Shown here piece by piece: positions 10,291 to 25,287 of a DNA stretch of 64,000 nt. A program made the position numbers and the translations under genes. The notes under the pieces were generated by a model. That model had not been told where the DNA came from. It did no database searches and saw only the letters and a program-made list of their open reading frames with translations. Position 1 is the stretch's first letter. Every line of letters starts with the position of its first letter. The DNA lies in the NCBI GenBank assembly GCA_951406725.2, contig OX597829.1, positions 26,040,001-26,104,000 on the forward strand. Reading direction: 5' to 3'. This DNA is from Octopus vulgaris. Its lineage: Eukaryota.

Positions 10291-13200
10291 TGTGAGACAA
10301 TGTTTGATATATTCTTAGGTAGTATATGTAATATTTATTGATATACAGAAACTTTAACAACTAGGTACACATATTGTGTCATTACCTTCAGTAGAAAACG
10401 AAATACTGGTTATACCCAAGGTACATGGAACTACATTCAACGCAGTGGGAGTGTGCAATTAAAAACTGCTGAACAACAACAACTACAACAATTTCTAGAG
10501 TAGGCATAAGACCATAAATTGTTGGGAGGTGTTAATTGGGCCCTAGTTTTTTTTATTGGTACTTGTATTTTATCAACTGAGGGATGAATAGCATTTGAAC
10601 TCAGAATCTTTATTCCAGGGCCTTATATTTGGTGGGCAGCTGATTCTGTCTATCCATACAATGATAATAATAATATAATTATAATGATAATAATCTGTGA
10701 CTACAATTTTTTATGTGTCTTACCCTTTTCTGTAAGATGGTAGGAAGATATGGCTCTTAATTCTAGAAGTTTCATCAACTGCATAGAAACTCCCTCTCAT
10801 TGACTTCATTTGTAGTTTACTTCTGTTGTAATATTCTCAGAATATTAAGGGTCTGCAATGGAAACTTCAAAAACTGCAATGATTTTGTGAGACACTGATG
10901 ATTTTTTTTAATTAAAGAGGGAAGTGGTTTTAAATGAATGGCTGAACGTGATGTAAGGAGTCAACTGGAGTGTAGAAAAGGAATTAGCCCAAAACGCCTA
11001 AGGAGTTATCCATTTCCTTCTACTTAATCATCAAACAATTTTTCTCATGAATAGTTGGATAAAAAAATAAACAGCAACATCATCAACTAATTCAATAGGT
11101 CATCAGTATATCTGACAGCTGAAAGTATATATTTAATGCCTTCAATACCAATCTACTTGAGATTGCTTCCGGTCTCATTCTGCTATCCAACCTTACATCA
11201 TCTTAGGTTCCCTGTTACAAATACACCAAAACTGCTGATATTGAAATTAAATTCCAACCCAAAGCATATGAAAACTTGAAATTTCAATAAGTAAAAGTTT
11301 CATAATAGTTTTTTTTTTTTACATGAAAACCTTTTGTTAAGCTGTGTTTCAAAATACCAACTTAATATACCAGAATATTAGATTACAGTTAGTTATCTAA
11401 ACTTTATCCCAAAATAATTGAATCATATAGGCAGTGTATTGTTGTTTGGAATAGGGTCATTAAAATGCTAAAACATTTATATATCTAAAACATATTTAGT
11501 CTTGATGTAGTGTAAATGTTAAGTGGAAATTTCACTATCGCTCATGTGACCTGTCAAAACTTAAGATTTATGTACCAAAATTTTATTCTATAGCAAGATT
11601 AAGGATGTTTTCTGTTTAAAAAATATGTTTTTAATATATATTTGTTTTCATATACTGAAGCAATTTCTTGCAAATCTAATTAAGATGATAAATACAATGT
11701 TTATATTATTAAAAATATCTGAATTGTTCAAATTTTAACCATTTGAAACTTCTCCTTTTTTTGAAAAGAATGGTGGAATTCTGAAATAAATATCATAAAA
11801 TTTAATTCTTTTCTACTTACTCAGCTCAATTTTGGAGGGTCAACTGAGTGAGCTTTTCTCAATCCTGGATCTGATTTTTAAAAAATAGGATAAGTCATGT
11901 ATTAATGTCAATTCAGTTGACTACCCCTTTCCCCACTGCTGCCATTTCCCTTCTTATAAACACATCACATTTGTACCAATGATAGAAATTATTATTTAGA
12001 TTCATTGCGCTATGTTCTGGGTTCAAATTCTACAACTAGTATGTTTGCCATTAATGCCTCCCCACCAATAAAATCAATAAATTGTCAATATCAATCTTGT
12101 ATTAATGTTCAACAATCAATATTTTACTTTTTTTTTTTACAAACAATTCATTTGTCCAGTTGATGTTAAATTTCCATTTATTTTCATAATCTCCTCATTC
12201 TGCATCTCAGAAATGGTAGGGTGGCTGGAATTTCAAATATAATTCTTCCAATATTTACCAGGTTTCTTCTTGAATTAATTAGATTGTCTTTGTCTTGCCG
12301 GTCTTGTAATTAGTAATTAGATCCTCTTTAAATTAATCTTGGTATGAACTTTTATTGTCTCATTAATTTCACTCTCTCCTCTCCCACCTTGCTCCCCCTC
12401 TCTCTCTCACTCTTTGTTTATATAAGCATATTGCCTTGAGGTTTGATGGATGATCAACAAGTCCCGAAAGGGGTCAACAGACCCTAGAGGTTCCTGGCCC
12501 TTGATTGATAAGACTATACAAAACAAAAGACATTCAAATTATTTATTTCTAGTCAAAAAAATTTTTCATATTTTTTGTTCTATTTTTGTTTTGTTTTTCA
12601 TTTTCTAATTCTTTTTTTTTCCAATTTTTCCACTAAATATACATTTATAATAAATGACCCATTTAAAGGATTTTTTATTCATTTTATTTTTGTTTTGTCT
12701 TATATTTTGTTTTTAATGAACATATTCCTCCAATATGACAGGAAACTAATACATTTTAAAATGAAAATAATTTTTAAAAATCTGTGTTGTAGTATAGACC
12801 TAGATCATTCTTATCTTCATCTTAATCTTCACCACCACCATCATAGTAGCTTCCAGTACCATCAATATTATAATCACCATCAATACTACAACAACCACCA
12901 CCATAAACTCAATCACTGCTTCTGCTAACAAGACAAAAACTAACATCAATGTAATAAGTGCCATCACTGTCACCACTACCATAAGCAAATGGGTTAGCTG
13001 CAATGTGGTTGTTTAACCTGCTTGAAATAGCAGCCAAACTTCTCTCAAATCTCACATTATTGTCTTATAAACAAGACACTGTAGATCACACAACACCTGA
13101 TTGGGAAAAAAAAAACTTTAATAATAACAGGTCTGGTAAATTAGAGCTAAACAACAGAACTACCACTATCACTGATGTTGATTTTTGATTAGGTAAACTA

Positions 13201-13499
13201 ATATTACTAGCTTACTGGATAACAGTGGTCAATTAAATACTTTACATAATCATGGTTGGGAAGCAAGATTTTTAACCACACAGCCACGTGTGTACCTCAT
13301 ATATATATATATATAAAGACATTTGAGTAGGTGCAATACAGTGGGTTGAATTCTTGGTCATTATAGCAAAGCAAACTTAACTATTCAACCAAGTAGTATC
13401 CCTTTCTGTCTTACTCTGTGTGAGTGTATACATACACATAGATACATAGTGTGAGTGTATGTACGTGTGTGTGTGTATGTATATATATATATATATAAT

Positions 13500-13710
13500 A
13501 CAAAATGGGACAAGAACGCAAAACATCCATACAGGTGATACAAAAAGGGACAACAAAACATCCAGATAGATGATACAAAGAAAACAAGGACGGGTCATTC
13601 GAAGCCCTCTATCCTGAGTCAAGCACCAGATTATCCTCGCAATTTTGGCTGATTATTCTTGAGATTGCTCCAATCTGGCCAGCCCCAAGAAAAGCTAAGC
13701 TAAGAGCATT
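13500..13710. repeat. Interspersed repeat, inverted paralog of 4430-4670
   Basis: Aligned by eye; flanked by (TA)n. Confidence 0.7.
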
Positions 13711-15619
13711 ATATATATATAGATATGTGTGTGTGCATGCATATATATATATATACAGTAAATAAAGCAATTTAAAATTGCACCTCTTCACTCTATGTTG
13801 TTTCTATACATATATGTAAATATAGATTTAGATATACTGACAGATAGATAGAGTTAACATATATTAGCAATATTCACTGGTATTTAACTTTTTTTTTCTT
13901 TATACTTCAAAATGATCATTTCCAGTGGTAAACCAATGACACAAATTGGAAAATTTTTTGAGCTTTAGTTACCTACACTTTCATCTCAGTACTAACAATT
14001 TTAAGGTTTGACTTATGCATATATGTAAGTGTGTGTGTATGTATGTATATACCTATTGTTTGATACTGAACAGTGCTAAATACAAATCAAAAGTACTAAA
14101 TATGAACATAGAATTCAGTAGTTTGTTTAAGTCAGTCTAGTGTCTAAACTCTGGAGTTTCCACTGTATACAACCACTTTTTCAAGTAAGTCAAAGTGGGC
14201 TATTTTGGCTTGTTTGAACACTATGAAAACTCTTGTGTAATAGGCAACTTAATTTGTACAAAACTAACGTGTGTTTGTGTGTGCATGTGTATTGATTGAA
14301 AAGGAACTGTTTTAGATGATGGTTTGGTTGGTACAGTATATCAGTAAACAATTAGAATTTTTGTGACCATGTGTTAGCTTGAATGAAATGTCATTATTGT
14401 TAGAGATATTAGTGTTAAATAATTCAGTTTAGAGAGTTTATAGGAAGTAAATAGTTGTGAAAAGTTGGGTGTAGAAAAGTAAGTGATTTTAATGGTATTT
14501 CAAATTATGTTGTGATGTAAAATGTTTCTCAACTAGGCTTAAGAAAGTTTTTGCAATGGGTGTAGCTAATGTTTGGTGAAAGACTTTCCAAACTTACTCT
14601 GGAGAATCGACTCGTCACTACCCAGCGCAACATCTGGAATTTGAAGACTAGAAATACAACATACATTGAGACATTTTAAGTAGTACAGAAATAATAGACC
14701 CTGTAAAGATAGACTTTATTAATATCTTCACTCTCCACAAACATTTTGAAGGAATTTCATCCTGCATATGCAGAATGCAAATTTCAGACAATAAAAGACT
14801 TTAACATACATGTGTACGTATTATATATATATATATATATATTGTAATTAACCTGCCTGATATAGTTCCATGTATCCCATTCTACACCAAATATACAATC
14901 ATATGATCAAAATATATTCCACTGCAACTTTAATTTAATTGGTATGGCACCACACTAGGTAGGCTAAGAGATAAACGTAAGTTACAAATTGACGCAAAGG
15001 CCATTTTACTTTATTTTTATTTTACTTTATTACATTTGTTTTTTTTTCATTTATTGAGCTGCTTAACTGTTTGAAAGATAGACATTATTCACATGACCAT
15101 CTAATTTGTTCTTGAACAATTCAGAGATGATTATATTTATCATTATTTGCCAGTGTTTAGAAAAAGGAGTCCTAATTTGAAATCAGTTTCATAGGAGATT
15201 GCATGAAACTCTCAGGACTTAGGTTTGTAACATCTTCCAATTTACATGTGTGTGTGTGCGTGCATCTGCGTGTGTGTGTATATATGAGGATAGAATTTCA
15301 TAAATTAAGTACCTGTAGTGTTTAGGTCAATAGTTCATTTGAATACATTAACCCCTAGAAAAAATCTTTTTATATAGTGTACACATGTGTATATATATAT
15401 GTGCGTGTGTGTATATATGTGTATATATATGTGTGTTTGTTTATGTATAGATATATATATATATGTATGTATATATACTCCATATAAGATTAGTGTATAT
15501 TTAAACACAAGAGAGATGGCCTTATATGGAGAATATGTTTTCTATTGACCTTTTATACAGGCTAGGCCATTGGTAGTAAAATTTCTAAAAAACTTGCTAT
15601 CCTATATATTTTACATATA

Positions 15620-17120
15620 TGTGTAATATATATATATATATATATGTATATGTATGTATTTATATATGTATGTATTTATATATGTATGTATTTATATATG
15701 TATGTATATATATGTATGTATTTATATATGTATGTATTTATATATGTATGTATGTATATATGTATGTATATATATGTATATATATATGTATGTATGTATA
15801 TATATGTATATATATATGTATGTATGTATATATGTATGTATGTATATATATGTATATATATGTATGTATGTATATATATGTATATATATGTATGTATGTA
15901 TGTATATATATATGTATATATATATATATATGCATACGTATTTATTTATTTATCACCCGACAAGATACGTCTGCACCACCAGATACTCCTGAACCAGTTT
16001 TTTTATGTGTCCCACAGGAGGAGTCGATGCTAGATGTGTCGAAACAATTGTAGTGATTAATAATATATTCTTGTATATTCCATCTTCTGTCTTTCATTTG
16101 TCATTTCTATATATGTATATATATATACGTATATATGTATGTATATATATATATGTGTGTGTGTATGTATATATATATATGTGTGTGTGTGTGTGTATAT
16201 ATATATATGTATGTATGTATGTATATATGTATATATATATATGTATATATGTATGTATATATGTATGTATATATATATGTATATGTATATATATATGTAT
16301 ATATATATGTATGTATATATGTATATATATATATGTATATATGTATGTATATATGTATGTATATATATATGTATGTATATATGTATGTATATATATATGT
16401 ATATGTATATATATATGTATATATATATGTATGTATATGTATGTATATATGTATGTATATACATATGTATGCATATATATATGTATGTATATGTATGTAT
16501 GTATGTATATATGTATGTATATACATATGTATGCATATATATATGTATGTATATGTATGTATATATATATGTGTGTGTGTATATATATATGTATGTATAT
16601 GTGTGTATATATATATGTATGTATATGTGTGTGTATATATATATATGTGTATATATATATGTATATGTGTGTATATATATATATGTGTATATATATATGT
16701 GTGTGTGTGTATATATATATGTGTGTATATATATGTGTGTATATATATATATGTGTATATATATATTTATATATATATGTGTGTGTATATATATATGTAT
16801 GTATCTATATATATATATGTAGGTATATGTGTATGTATATGTCGGTGTATATATATGTAGGTATATGTATATATATATATATATGTAGGTATATGTATAT
16901 ATATATATATGTAGGTATATGTATATATATATATATGTAGGTATATGTATATATATATATATGTAGGTATATGTATATATATATATATTTAGGTATATGT
17001 ATATATATATTTAGGTATATGTATATATATATATATGTAGGTATATGTGTATATATATATGTAGGTATATGTGTATATATATATATGTAGGTATATATAT
17101 ATGTAGGTATATGTATATAT
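15620..17120. repeat. Compound TA/TG/TATG microsatellite field, ending in a ~24-30 bp atgtaggtatatgt(at)n minisatellite (16815-17115)
   Basis: Direct reading. Confidence 0.9.
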
Positions 17121-17624
17121 ACATTTGTGTGTGAAAGTGTGTCTGTGCAGCCAAAACAATATTTCATTGTTTGTAACAAAAGAATTTGTATATGTAAAAC
17201 AAAATATATAGTACATAACTTGTTCTATCACTATTACTGATAATGGTGGTGGTGGTGGTCGTGGCGGTGACTTTAGTAGAGGTGGTGGTGGTGGTTGTGA
17301 CAATGATGATGACGACGACGACGATGATGTTGATGATGGTGATGAAAATTTTGATAATAATGATGATAGAGGTAAAGTGACGGTGATAATTATGATAATA
17401 ATGATGATGGTGATGATGATGATGATGACATTTATACATGCCTCAAAGGTCGTACAGATTCAGTCATTAGAATACACTGCAACACATGCAAATAAATGAA
17501 CATATAAAATAATGATGATGACAATGGAGGTGGTGAAGTTGGTGATGCTGATGATAGGAACTGAAAGAAAAAAGAACGACAATGGATGTAGAAAAGAATA
17601 CAACATGAAAAAAAAATCACAGTG

Positions 17625-17658
<34 letters not shown>

Positions 17659-18111
17659 GTATGATGCACACACAGATGTGTACATACATGCACTTACATA
17701 TACATACATATTAGCATACATATTTATACATAAAAATATATGCCCGAATTCTGTAAAACTGCCGGCCTCAAAGATCTGTTCTAATAATATCTGTGTTCCA
17801 CCACAGACTAACAATGTGTACAATATTACTTTATTAGTGCCAACGAAGTTTTACCTCTTCTATTCCTTATTTATTTTCATCAAGTTTTTTTTTTATTATT
17901 ATTATTATTTTCCTGAAATGATCTCTAAAATTTTCATCAGATCTGGTAAACAACACTTTTTTCTAATATGAGGATAAATCCAAATGTGTAACTGAAAAAA
18001 AAAAAAAAAAAAAAGAAAAAACAAATTGTTGTTTTTCTTTATTTTTGTTGTTTATTTATATTTTTTGTAATTACTTTATTGTGAATGGGGTCAAAGTTGA
18101 CATGTATCAAA

Positions 18112-18117
18112 AATAAA
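18112..18117 (+). terminator. Candidate polyadenylation signal of the upstream gene
   Basis: AATAAA preceded by U-rich and TGTA-containing sequence (18030-18110) and followed by a T-rich stretch, near the end of the CpG-poor domain. AATAAA is common in this DNA, so this is tentative. Confidence 0.25.
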
Positions 18118-18624
18118 ATGCTTTTTTTATAAAGAATTACAGGTTACATGTAAACAATTTATAACCACTGCTCCATTAGGTGACATCTTTGAGTATCTGC
18201 AGAGTAATAGCTTAGAAAATCTACTATTTCAATCCAAAAGAGAGATTAGCTGATACCCACTCTGAGAATTCAATAAGTATTCAGAACAGTAAAAATATAC
18301 GAGATGTTTCTAAAATTCAACATGTATGATAGAAAAATCTGGACTAGAGTTGCAACACATGACACAACAAAGCTTGTGTGGGAGCTTTGTCACCTACATT
18401 AATGTGTGGCCCCAGACATCTCTGGTAAAAATGTCGAGGGGTTGAAACACCTGAAGAGCTGCTTCACTGCCTGATGAGATGTCGACTTCTACATTCAAGA
18501 TGGAAACAGCAGCACACAAGTGTTTGTTCTAAAATTCTAATGATGGACACTTCATTTCATTGTTAGAAACCTTAAAATAAATTTAAGGAATTAAAAAAAT
18601 CACGTAAAATACACCAATCCAACT

Positions 18625-19031
18625 GTACGACAGGCACCCATGCCAACCCCCTTTGCTTGCGAAGACATGTTGGGGCAAGCGAAATCGAAATCGAATTGAA
18701 CCAGCCAGGATCCCTGGTCTGGTGGTACGTAAAAAGCACTATCCGACTCGTGGCCGATGCCAGCGCTGCCTCGACTGGCTTCCGTGCCGGTGGCACATAA
18801 AATACACCAATCCGACCGTGGCCGTTGCCAGCCTCGCCTGGCACCTGTGCAGGTGGCACGTAAAAAGCACCCACTACACTCACGGAGTGGTTGGCGTTAG
18901 GAAGGGCATCCAGCTGTAGAAACATTGCCAGATAAGACTGGAGCCTGGTGCAGCCTTCTGGCTTCCCAGATCCCCGGTCAAACCGTCCAACCCATGCTAG
19001 CATGGAGAACGGACGTTAAATGATGATGATG
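18625..19031 (+). mobile_element. SINE-like repeat family B (longest copy)
   Basis: Shares about 270 bp with 261-530 and ends ggacgttaaatgatgatgat. Confidence 0.8.
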
Positions 19032-19717
19032 ACTGATACACACATGTTTATGTAGAAAATGCCAATTCAGTTATCCATTTTTGTTTTTTGGCTTATCTCT
19101 TTCTGCCAAACCATAGGAATTTGGAAGAAAGCAGTGACTGTGCTAAGAGAGTTGGAAAAGAAATTTGAGGTAGAAAAAAACAGACAGATGGATAGATAGG
19201 CAGGTAGGCAAATAGATAGATAGATGGAAGGTTGACAAAGTGAAAGGGAAAGAGAGAGCAGCAGCTAGCATGGGAAAAAGCACTCAAGCAAGCAGAAAGT
19301 GAAATATGATTTTGATTTTGATTTTTCCAGTTTCAGCTAATGAGCTGTGGCCATGCTGGGGCACTGCCATATAAGGAAGTTTTGAAGAAAAGTGAAAGTA
19401 AAAGATGGCATGAATAAGAAAGGAACAGTGTAAAGAAGAAAGACTGAACTCTGGATTACAGCGTGTAAACTAGAATACAATTAAAAGAGGTACACTAATC
19501 AAAGTAAGAATTGTAGAGGGTGGAACAAACGACAGAGATAGAGTTAGAGAAATTCACCTTCAATTAAATTTTGTGTGTGTATGATAAGTTATTTTAAAAC
19601 AATAACTGCTAAGCGTTTAATAATTATGTTCATACTCTAAGTTACAAATAGTGTGAAGATTAAATTTTCTTCTATTGGCTACTTCTCCTCCTCCTTTATC
19701 TTCTTCTTATTATTATT

Positions 19718-20430
19718 GAGTGAGAGAGCAGCACATGCTGTCAAAGTATTACTAGGGCACAAACTGAAGCCTAATATACCCATCATGACCACACGTTTGA
19801 TAAGGATACACCAAGCACATGTATCATAACCATATGTATGCAACATGGTGATCTCATATCAAGATAAACAGTGTATGACCTTGCAGGTAGGGCCCAATTA
19901 GAATTTTCTTCAGGTCAAGTATTCCAGCCTACTTAAAAGGACCCTATTTCTCATGTCTCCAGGGGTGAATTATTCAAACCTCAAAGAATCTCCCTCAACA
20001 CATGGCTATGATGCTCCCTCACTACTGCTTGCAACTAGTGTTGCACATATCATCAGCCATGAAGGAATATGCTCAGTTGGTTTTGTTCAAGCAATTCTGC
20101 AATATTGAGCAGAAAATTTGTTATAGCCAATCTTTCACACCAAGACAAGACATGTACAAGAGGGTTCCCAAAAATTTCTGGTTTTGAGTAAAAGAAAATA
20201 TATGAGGATCAATTAATTATGATTTTACTCAACATATCCCCCTCTCAGATTAACACACTTAGTGCAGTGGTCCTTCAGTTTCTTAAAACCCTGTAAAAGA
20301 ACTTGGAAGCTGGGTCTGCAACAAGGCCTTTCATGATAACCTTAAAGCCAGGAATTTTTCAGCACATCCTCATACATGTTAACATTTCCAATCAGTTAAG
20401 ATCATGAGCCATGAGAACCACTGCCTGGTA
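19718..20430 (-). mobile_element. Unclassified interspersed retro-repeat family E, interrupted by a MITE
   Basis: Homologous to 25732-25980 and 25288-25505; abuts an (ATT)n tract. Strand is inferred from that tract. Confidence 0.7.
20157..20372. mobile_element. Tc1/mariner-type MITE with TA target-site duplication
   Basis: Imperfect TIRs (caagagggttcccaaaaatttctggtttt / aaagccaggaatttttcagcacatcctca) with TA on both sides. The paralog near 25450 (acatgTAcatg) is an empty site. Confidence 0.75.
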
Positions 20431-20504
20431 TTGTGTAAGGACATTTATTATTATCATCATCATTATCTTTATTATTATTATTAATAATAATAATAATAAT
20501 AATA

Positions 20505-20925
20505 AAGTGGCGATGGCTGATTCCTTAGTATACTGGGGAAAATGTTTAGCAGCATCTCACTACTATTATGTTCTGAGTTTTCAAATTCTGCTGAGGGTTG
20601 ATAAATATGTACCAATTGAGCACTGAAGTCAATGTAATCAACTTACAACTGCCCTCAGAATTGGTGGCCTTGTACCAAAATTTGAAATCATTAATTATTA
20701 TTATTATTATTATTATAATAAAGGCAGCAAGATGGCGCTGGATGAAATGCTTAGTGGTATTTCATCCATCACTACATTCTGAGTTCTAATTTCGTTGAGG
20801 TCGACTTTGCCTTTCACTCTTTTGGGGTCGATAAAATAAGTACAATTTGAGCATTGAGATCGGTGTAATCGACTAAACCCCTCTCCTGAAATTGCTGGCC
20901 TTATGCCTATAGTAGAAAGGATTAT
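20505..20925 (+). mobile_element. Two tandem Nin/Deu-domain SINEs (family D) separated by (ATT)n
   Basis: ttctgagtt...gaggtcgactttgcctttcactcttttggggtcgataaaataagtac core. Confidence 0.75.
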
Positions 20926-21199
20926 TATTATCATTTTGTTTGGCTGTGCTTCACATTGGCTTCTGAAGGTTTGTTCAATTTCACAGAAATTATTTATGTA
21001 CTGTTGATCATTTTTTTGTTGAAGCTTTTGGCTGTTCTTTCGCCTGTTTGGAAATATGGCGGTGACAACGCCCACCAACAGATCCAAAAAAAGAAGGTTG
21101 TGGGGAAAATCTCATACCTCTGCAAGTTTGCGCAAAAACAAGCACAACAACAGTAACAGTTTCGACAATGTTTTTAGTAACACAAACAACAACAGAAGC

Positions 21200-24107
21200 G
21201 TCAATAACAATAGCAATAACTATGGCATCAACAGTAATAACATCAGTGGGGAGTGCAACAGCCGCAACGACAGCAAAAATAAATGACGAAATAAGTGGTG
21301 GAGCGATTCTACGAGTAAGCAATCGCTCACTGGAATGGGGCGAAATCATGTCACCAAGGCAAAACCGTTCGGAGGCGTGGAAGTCCTCTTCAAGAGCAAA
21401 ACCTTTGCGTTGAAGCACCCCATAAGCAATAGGAAGCTCACCCTCTAGCAACTTATTTAGGGAGAAAGACCTGTTGCGTCAAGATAGAATTCCACCTGGG
21501 TTGGACATCTTGTGGTTGTTAGCTTATGTCATTTTAGAAGGAAGTGGTACATATCTTGAAGTAAAACAAGCAGGAGTTTTGGTATGGAACGACATTGAAG
21601 ATCCTCCTCCAGATAAAATCGGAGGAGGTAGAAAAGCTCTCAAACCTTAGCCCCCACCACCCACCCAACGGAATAAATTTTCGTGTTGCAGTTGAGGGTA
21701 GAAAGATACTGTACCACTTGTGCGATACAGAAGGCCAGTTCAGAGCTTTCTGTCCCCACACCACCACAGCTCCAACAACAACATGCAATCGTTATATCAG
21801 TAGCAACAACAGGGAAGGACAGCAGCAGCACCAACAACAACAGCACTAGCAACGGCAACAAAGGTGAACGGAACCATAGCCCGCCACCCAGGAAAATATC
21901 TCTACTACAACTACTACTACTACCACTCTCCTCCTACTCTCTCTCTCGCCCTCTCTCTCCCCCCTCTCTCTCTCTCTCTCTCCCACCTTTTTTCAGACAC
22001 GTACATGGAACACATACAAGTATAATTCTATGGCCTTTCGATTGAATCTTTCTGACAAGAAATAATAATTAGCTTGCAAGGAAAATAACGAAAATAAATA
22101 AATAAAATAAATAAAAATTTTACGAATATACATCTGTTTTGAACAAGCCAAACAACCACAACAGCACCAACGAAACCATACCTACACCAAACACTGACAA
22201 ATCTGCAATAACTCAAACGCCACAAACAACACTCACCTCTCCTTTTTATCTTTCAAACAGCAAGGTGGTTCTGAGAGTGTGCTGTATAAAAATGCATGTG
22301 GACTGGGGTCACCCTGGAAGCAGGTTCACCCGCTCAATAACCTAAGGTCACTAGGTTTGGACGTGATAGCCGTCGGTGAGACAAGGATTTCTGACACAGT
22401 GTACTGGGTCCCATCTTTGATGATTTTGAGATCTTCGCATTTCTTATTTGGTTCGGAATGAGGTAGCGGAGTAATGGTACCGTTTCGGAAAGGCCTTGAT
22501 CTTGATATAAGGCCGACCTCCCTGGACCGGGAAGGTAAGTTAATGGTCCTGGACTTGAATAGTAGCGAAGGTGGGGGCCTTTAGACAAGTCGCCAAGTAA
22601 GCCCTGACTAGAGCAAGGCGGGAGATCGGGGATTTCTTTAAAAATCTAAAGGTTTTCTTTGAAACGTCCTACTGCCCTGTGCTGGTGAGTGATTCGAACG
22701 GAATCCTAGATGCACATCTGGATTGTGTGAAACTAGTTGATAGGAGAACTAGATGTAAAATCCTCGCAGATTTGTTCAGTCGTTTCTAGCTGGTTGACAG
22801 GTACCGACTGTATCTTCTGAATGTACCAATATGAACGTGGCAAACATCGTTGTTTCATCCAAATCGAGTCCGTACAGTCGACCATGATAAGCTTTCGTAG
22901 ACAAAGAACCGGTTACTGAAAACAGAATGCGCCTTTTCCAGCTCGCAAAGTTTACAACAGTCGGATCCAAGAACAAATAAAGAGGGAGTTGACAGAAGAA
23001 ATCATCATCAACTGATGGTGGTTAGCCATGAAAAAAGAGTTTATTAGATTAGAGTCGATTGAATTTAGAAAGGAAATAGTGGTAGATAATTCTAGAATAG
23101 TGGTTGAAGTAGCTAGTAACCCAGAAAAAGCGCTTAGAAAAGGCATTGTAACTGAATGCTGGCAGCGAAATTTTCCGTTGACCGATTCTTTAATGCAAGA
23201 TTGTATTATTACACGAAAGTTGTATTATTAGAGATAGGGCATGTGATTTAAGGTATGAAAGAACGAAAGCTGTTCGATGGATTCGGGAGGTAGAGGTGCA
23301 TCGCAACAACAAACCCACAATTCGGTCTTCGACGTATCAGAGTAGAGTTGCGTTGTAGCCGATTCCAAACAGATGTGTACAGCCTTATCAGTGGAATTTC
23401 GCTCATATGTTTGGGTGGCCTATAGACCGGAGATACTTTGAACTTACCATAAACTTACCTTGATGGTCTGCCACGATTCTCGACTGGAGACTCGAAGTTC
23501 TGCGAAATACCGACGAAATACGGGAAGCGACGACAGGCTGCTCAACAGACAAGTCGACGGGTCCATATGATCTGTCTCACAAGCTCTATATTTATGTGCT
23601 AGACTCGTTCGGGTGTCTCTTGGAAAATGCAACTGGCAACAGAACAGATTCTAACTCCCGCAATAGGTGGTGCAATGCTGCTGAGAAACAACCTGAACAT
23701 GAGGGATGATTTTAAGAACTTCAGGCCTATAACTCTGCTAAACGCAGAGTTGGAGATTTTGACCAAGTTCTTAGCTAAAAGGTTGGCACTTGTCGACGAT
23801 ACTCTGGTGGATGAGACACAGATATGGGCTGTACCCCATATATCTATCCACGGCAATCTAATCATCGCGATATATCATAGAAAGAGTAAGTAAAGAACCT
23901 GGCATGTGTGGGCCCTTCATTCATTTCATCAGTCGAAAGCTTTTGATAGAGTCAGCCATCATTTAGCGGCTGTCTTGAAGGTGGTAGGTTTTGCGTCCAT
24001 CTCCAGAAGGTAATCGTGATATTTGTTCGGTCAGATTAAATGACCATCGGTCGGAATCGTTCAGTATCATGCGACTGGTCCGACAAAGGTGCAATCTCTC
24101 TCTCTCT

Positions 24108-24202
<95 letters not shown>

Positions 24203-25285
24203 TTTAGAGCTACTATTGCAGAAGTTGGAGCATACCGCGAGAAACAGAATGCATAGGTAGGCAATGTTACCGTAATATTGTCGGACACAAAACACATCAA
24301 GTTGATTTGTACAGTTCTAAGGGAATACGATACAGTGACAGGAATAAAGATTAACCAAAAGTCGTTGGGCATACAGCTCGGCACCTAGAGAGGTAGGTCC
24401 ATACTGTCCAACAGCGTTGATGGGCACTGGACGGACAGACCTGTTACATTGCTTGGGATTTGGTCTGGTCCAGACCTCCAGGTGGACAATTACTGGAAAG
24501 CGGTGACGAATAGGGTGACTACTCTCACCCAGATATGAGCTGAAAGGAAACTATTTCTGAAGGGTTAGGCGAAAAATAAAAATACCTACATAGAATCGTC
24601 ATCTAGTACTGACTACCCGTTGTGCCTTGTCTCGCTTCATAGCTGACCAGAATGGAACGCTTGTTCGTTCCCTTTCTGTGGAAGGGTCAGACGGCCCATT
24701 TGCTACCGAGATCTGCTGTGTGTAAGACTAAGCATGCCGTGGCTGATGAGACACGGACATACACTGAGGCTATGACATCTCTAGCTTTTCCTTGATACCG
24801 TGTGTTAGACGCACTTTTTCCGTAGCTCGTGTCTTTGACAGAACTGTTTGTGAGGCACGTCTGTAAACAGCTCGTCTCTTTAACGGAGATGAAGTCATGG
24901 TATAAGGAGAGATCAAAACTGAGCTTCTGGCACCTAGAATGTCGTCAAGGGCTACCTCAACCAGTGGGGCACTAGGATCGTTCCATTTTAACAATATATA
25001 GAGGATTAGGGGCGGGTAAGTGAGTCGACGAACTGACTAGTCTGTTCCGGAGAACTTTCCGGTGAGGGTCTATCATGGATAATTTCCAGATGTTCTTGGC
25101 CCGGAGGTGCTACCGCAGGACACTACTGTTTCAGGATAAGCTCTACAGGCACGGACGTGCTGTCAGATAAGCTTGTCCATGGTGCGCACAGAACTACGAA
25201 ACCATGCACTCGTTCAATGTCTTGGCAGTACTGACTTCTGGAGTAACGTCGAACAGCTGCTGACGAGTGTAGGACGAATCCGTCT
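21200..25285 (+). mobile_element. Decayed near-full-length L1/Tx1-clade LINE (ORF1 remnant plus EN-RT pseudogene)
   Basis: ORF1 remnants LATYLGRKT..IPPGLDILW and INFRVAVEGRK..C..GQFRAFCP align with ORF1 at 62518. APE endonuclease remnants VLRVCCI.NACGLGSPWKQ...DVIAVGETRI (22265-22395). RT motifs NFRPITLLNAELEILTKFLAKRL (23715-23790) and QSKAFDRVSH (23930-23960). Many stops and frameshifts. Confidence 0.85.
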
Positions 25286-25287
25286 GG

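Noticed and set aside
18465-18515. CTGATGA...GAAACAGC hammerhead-like string
   Set aside because: No GUH cleavage triplet and a poor stem II; at best a decayed remnant.
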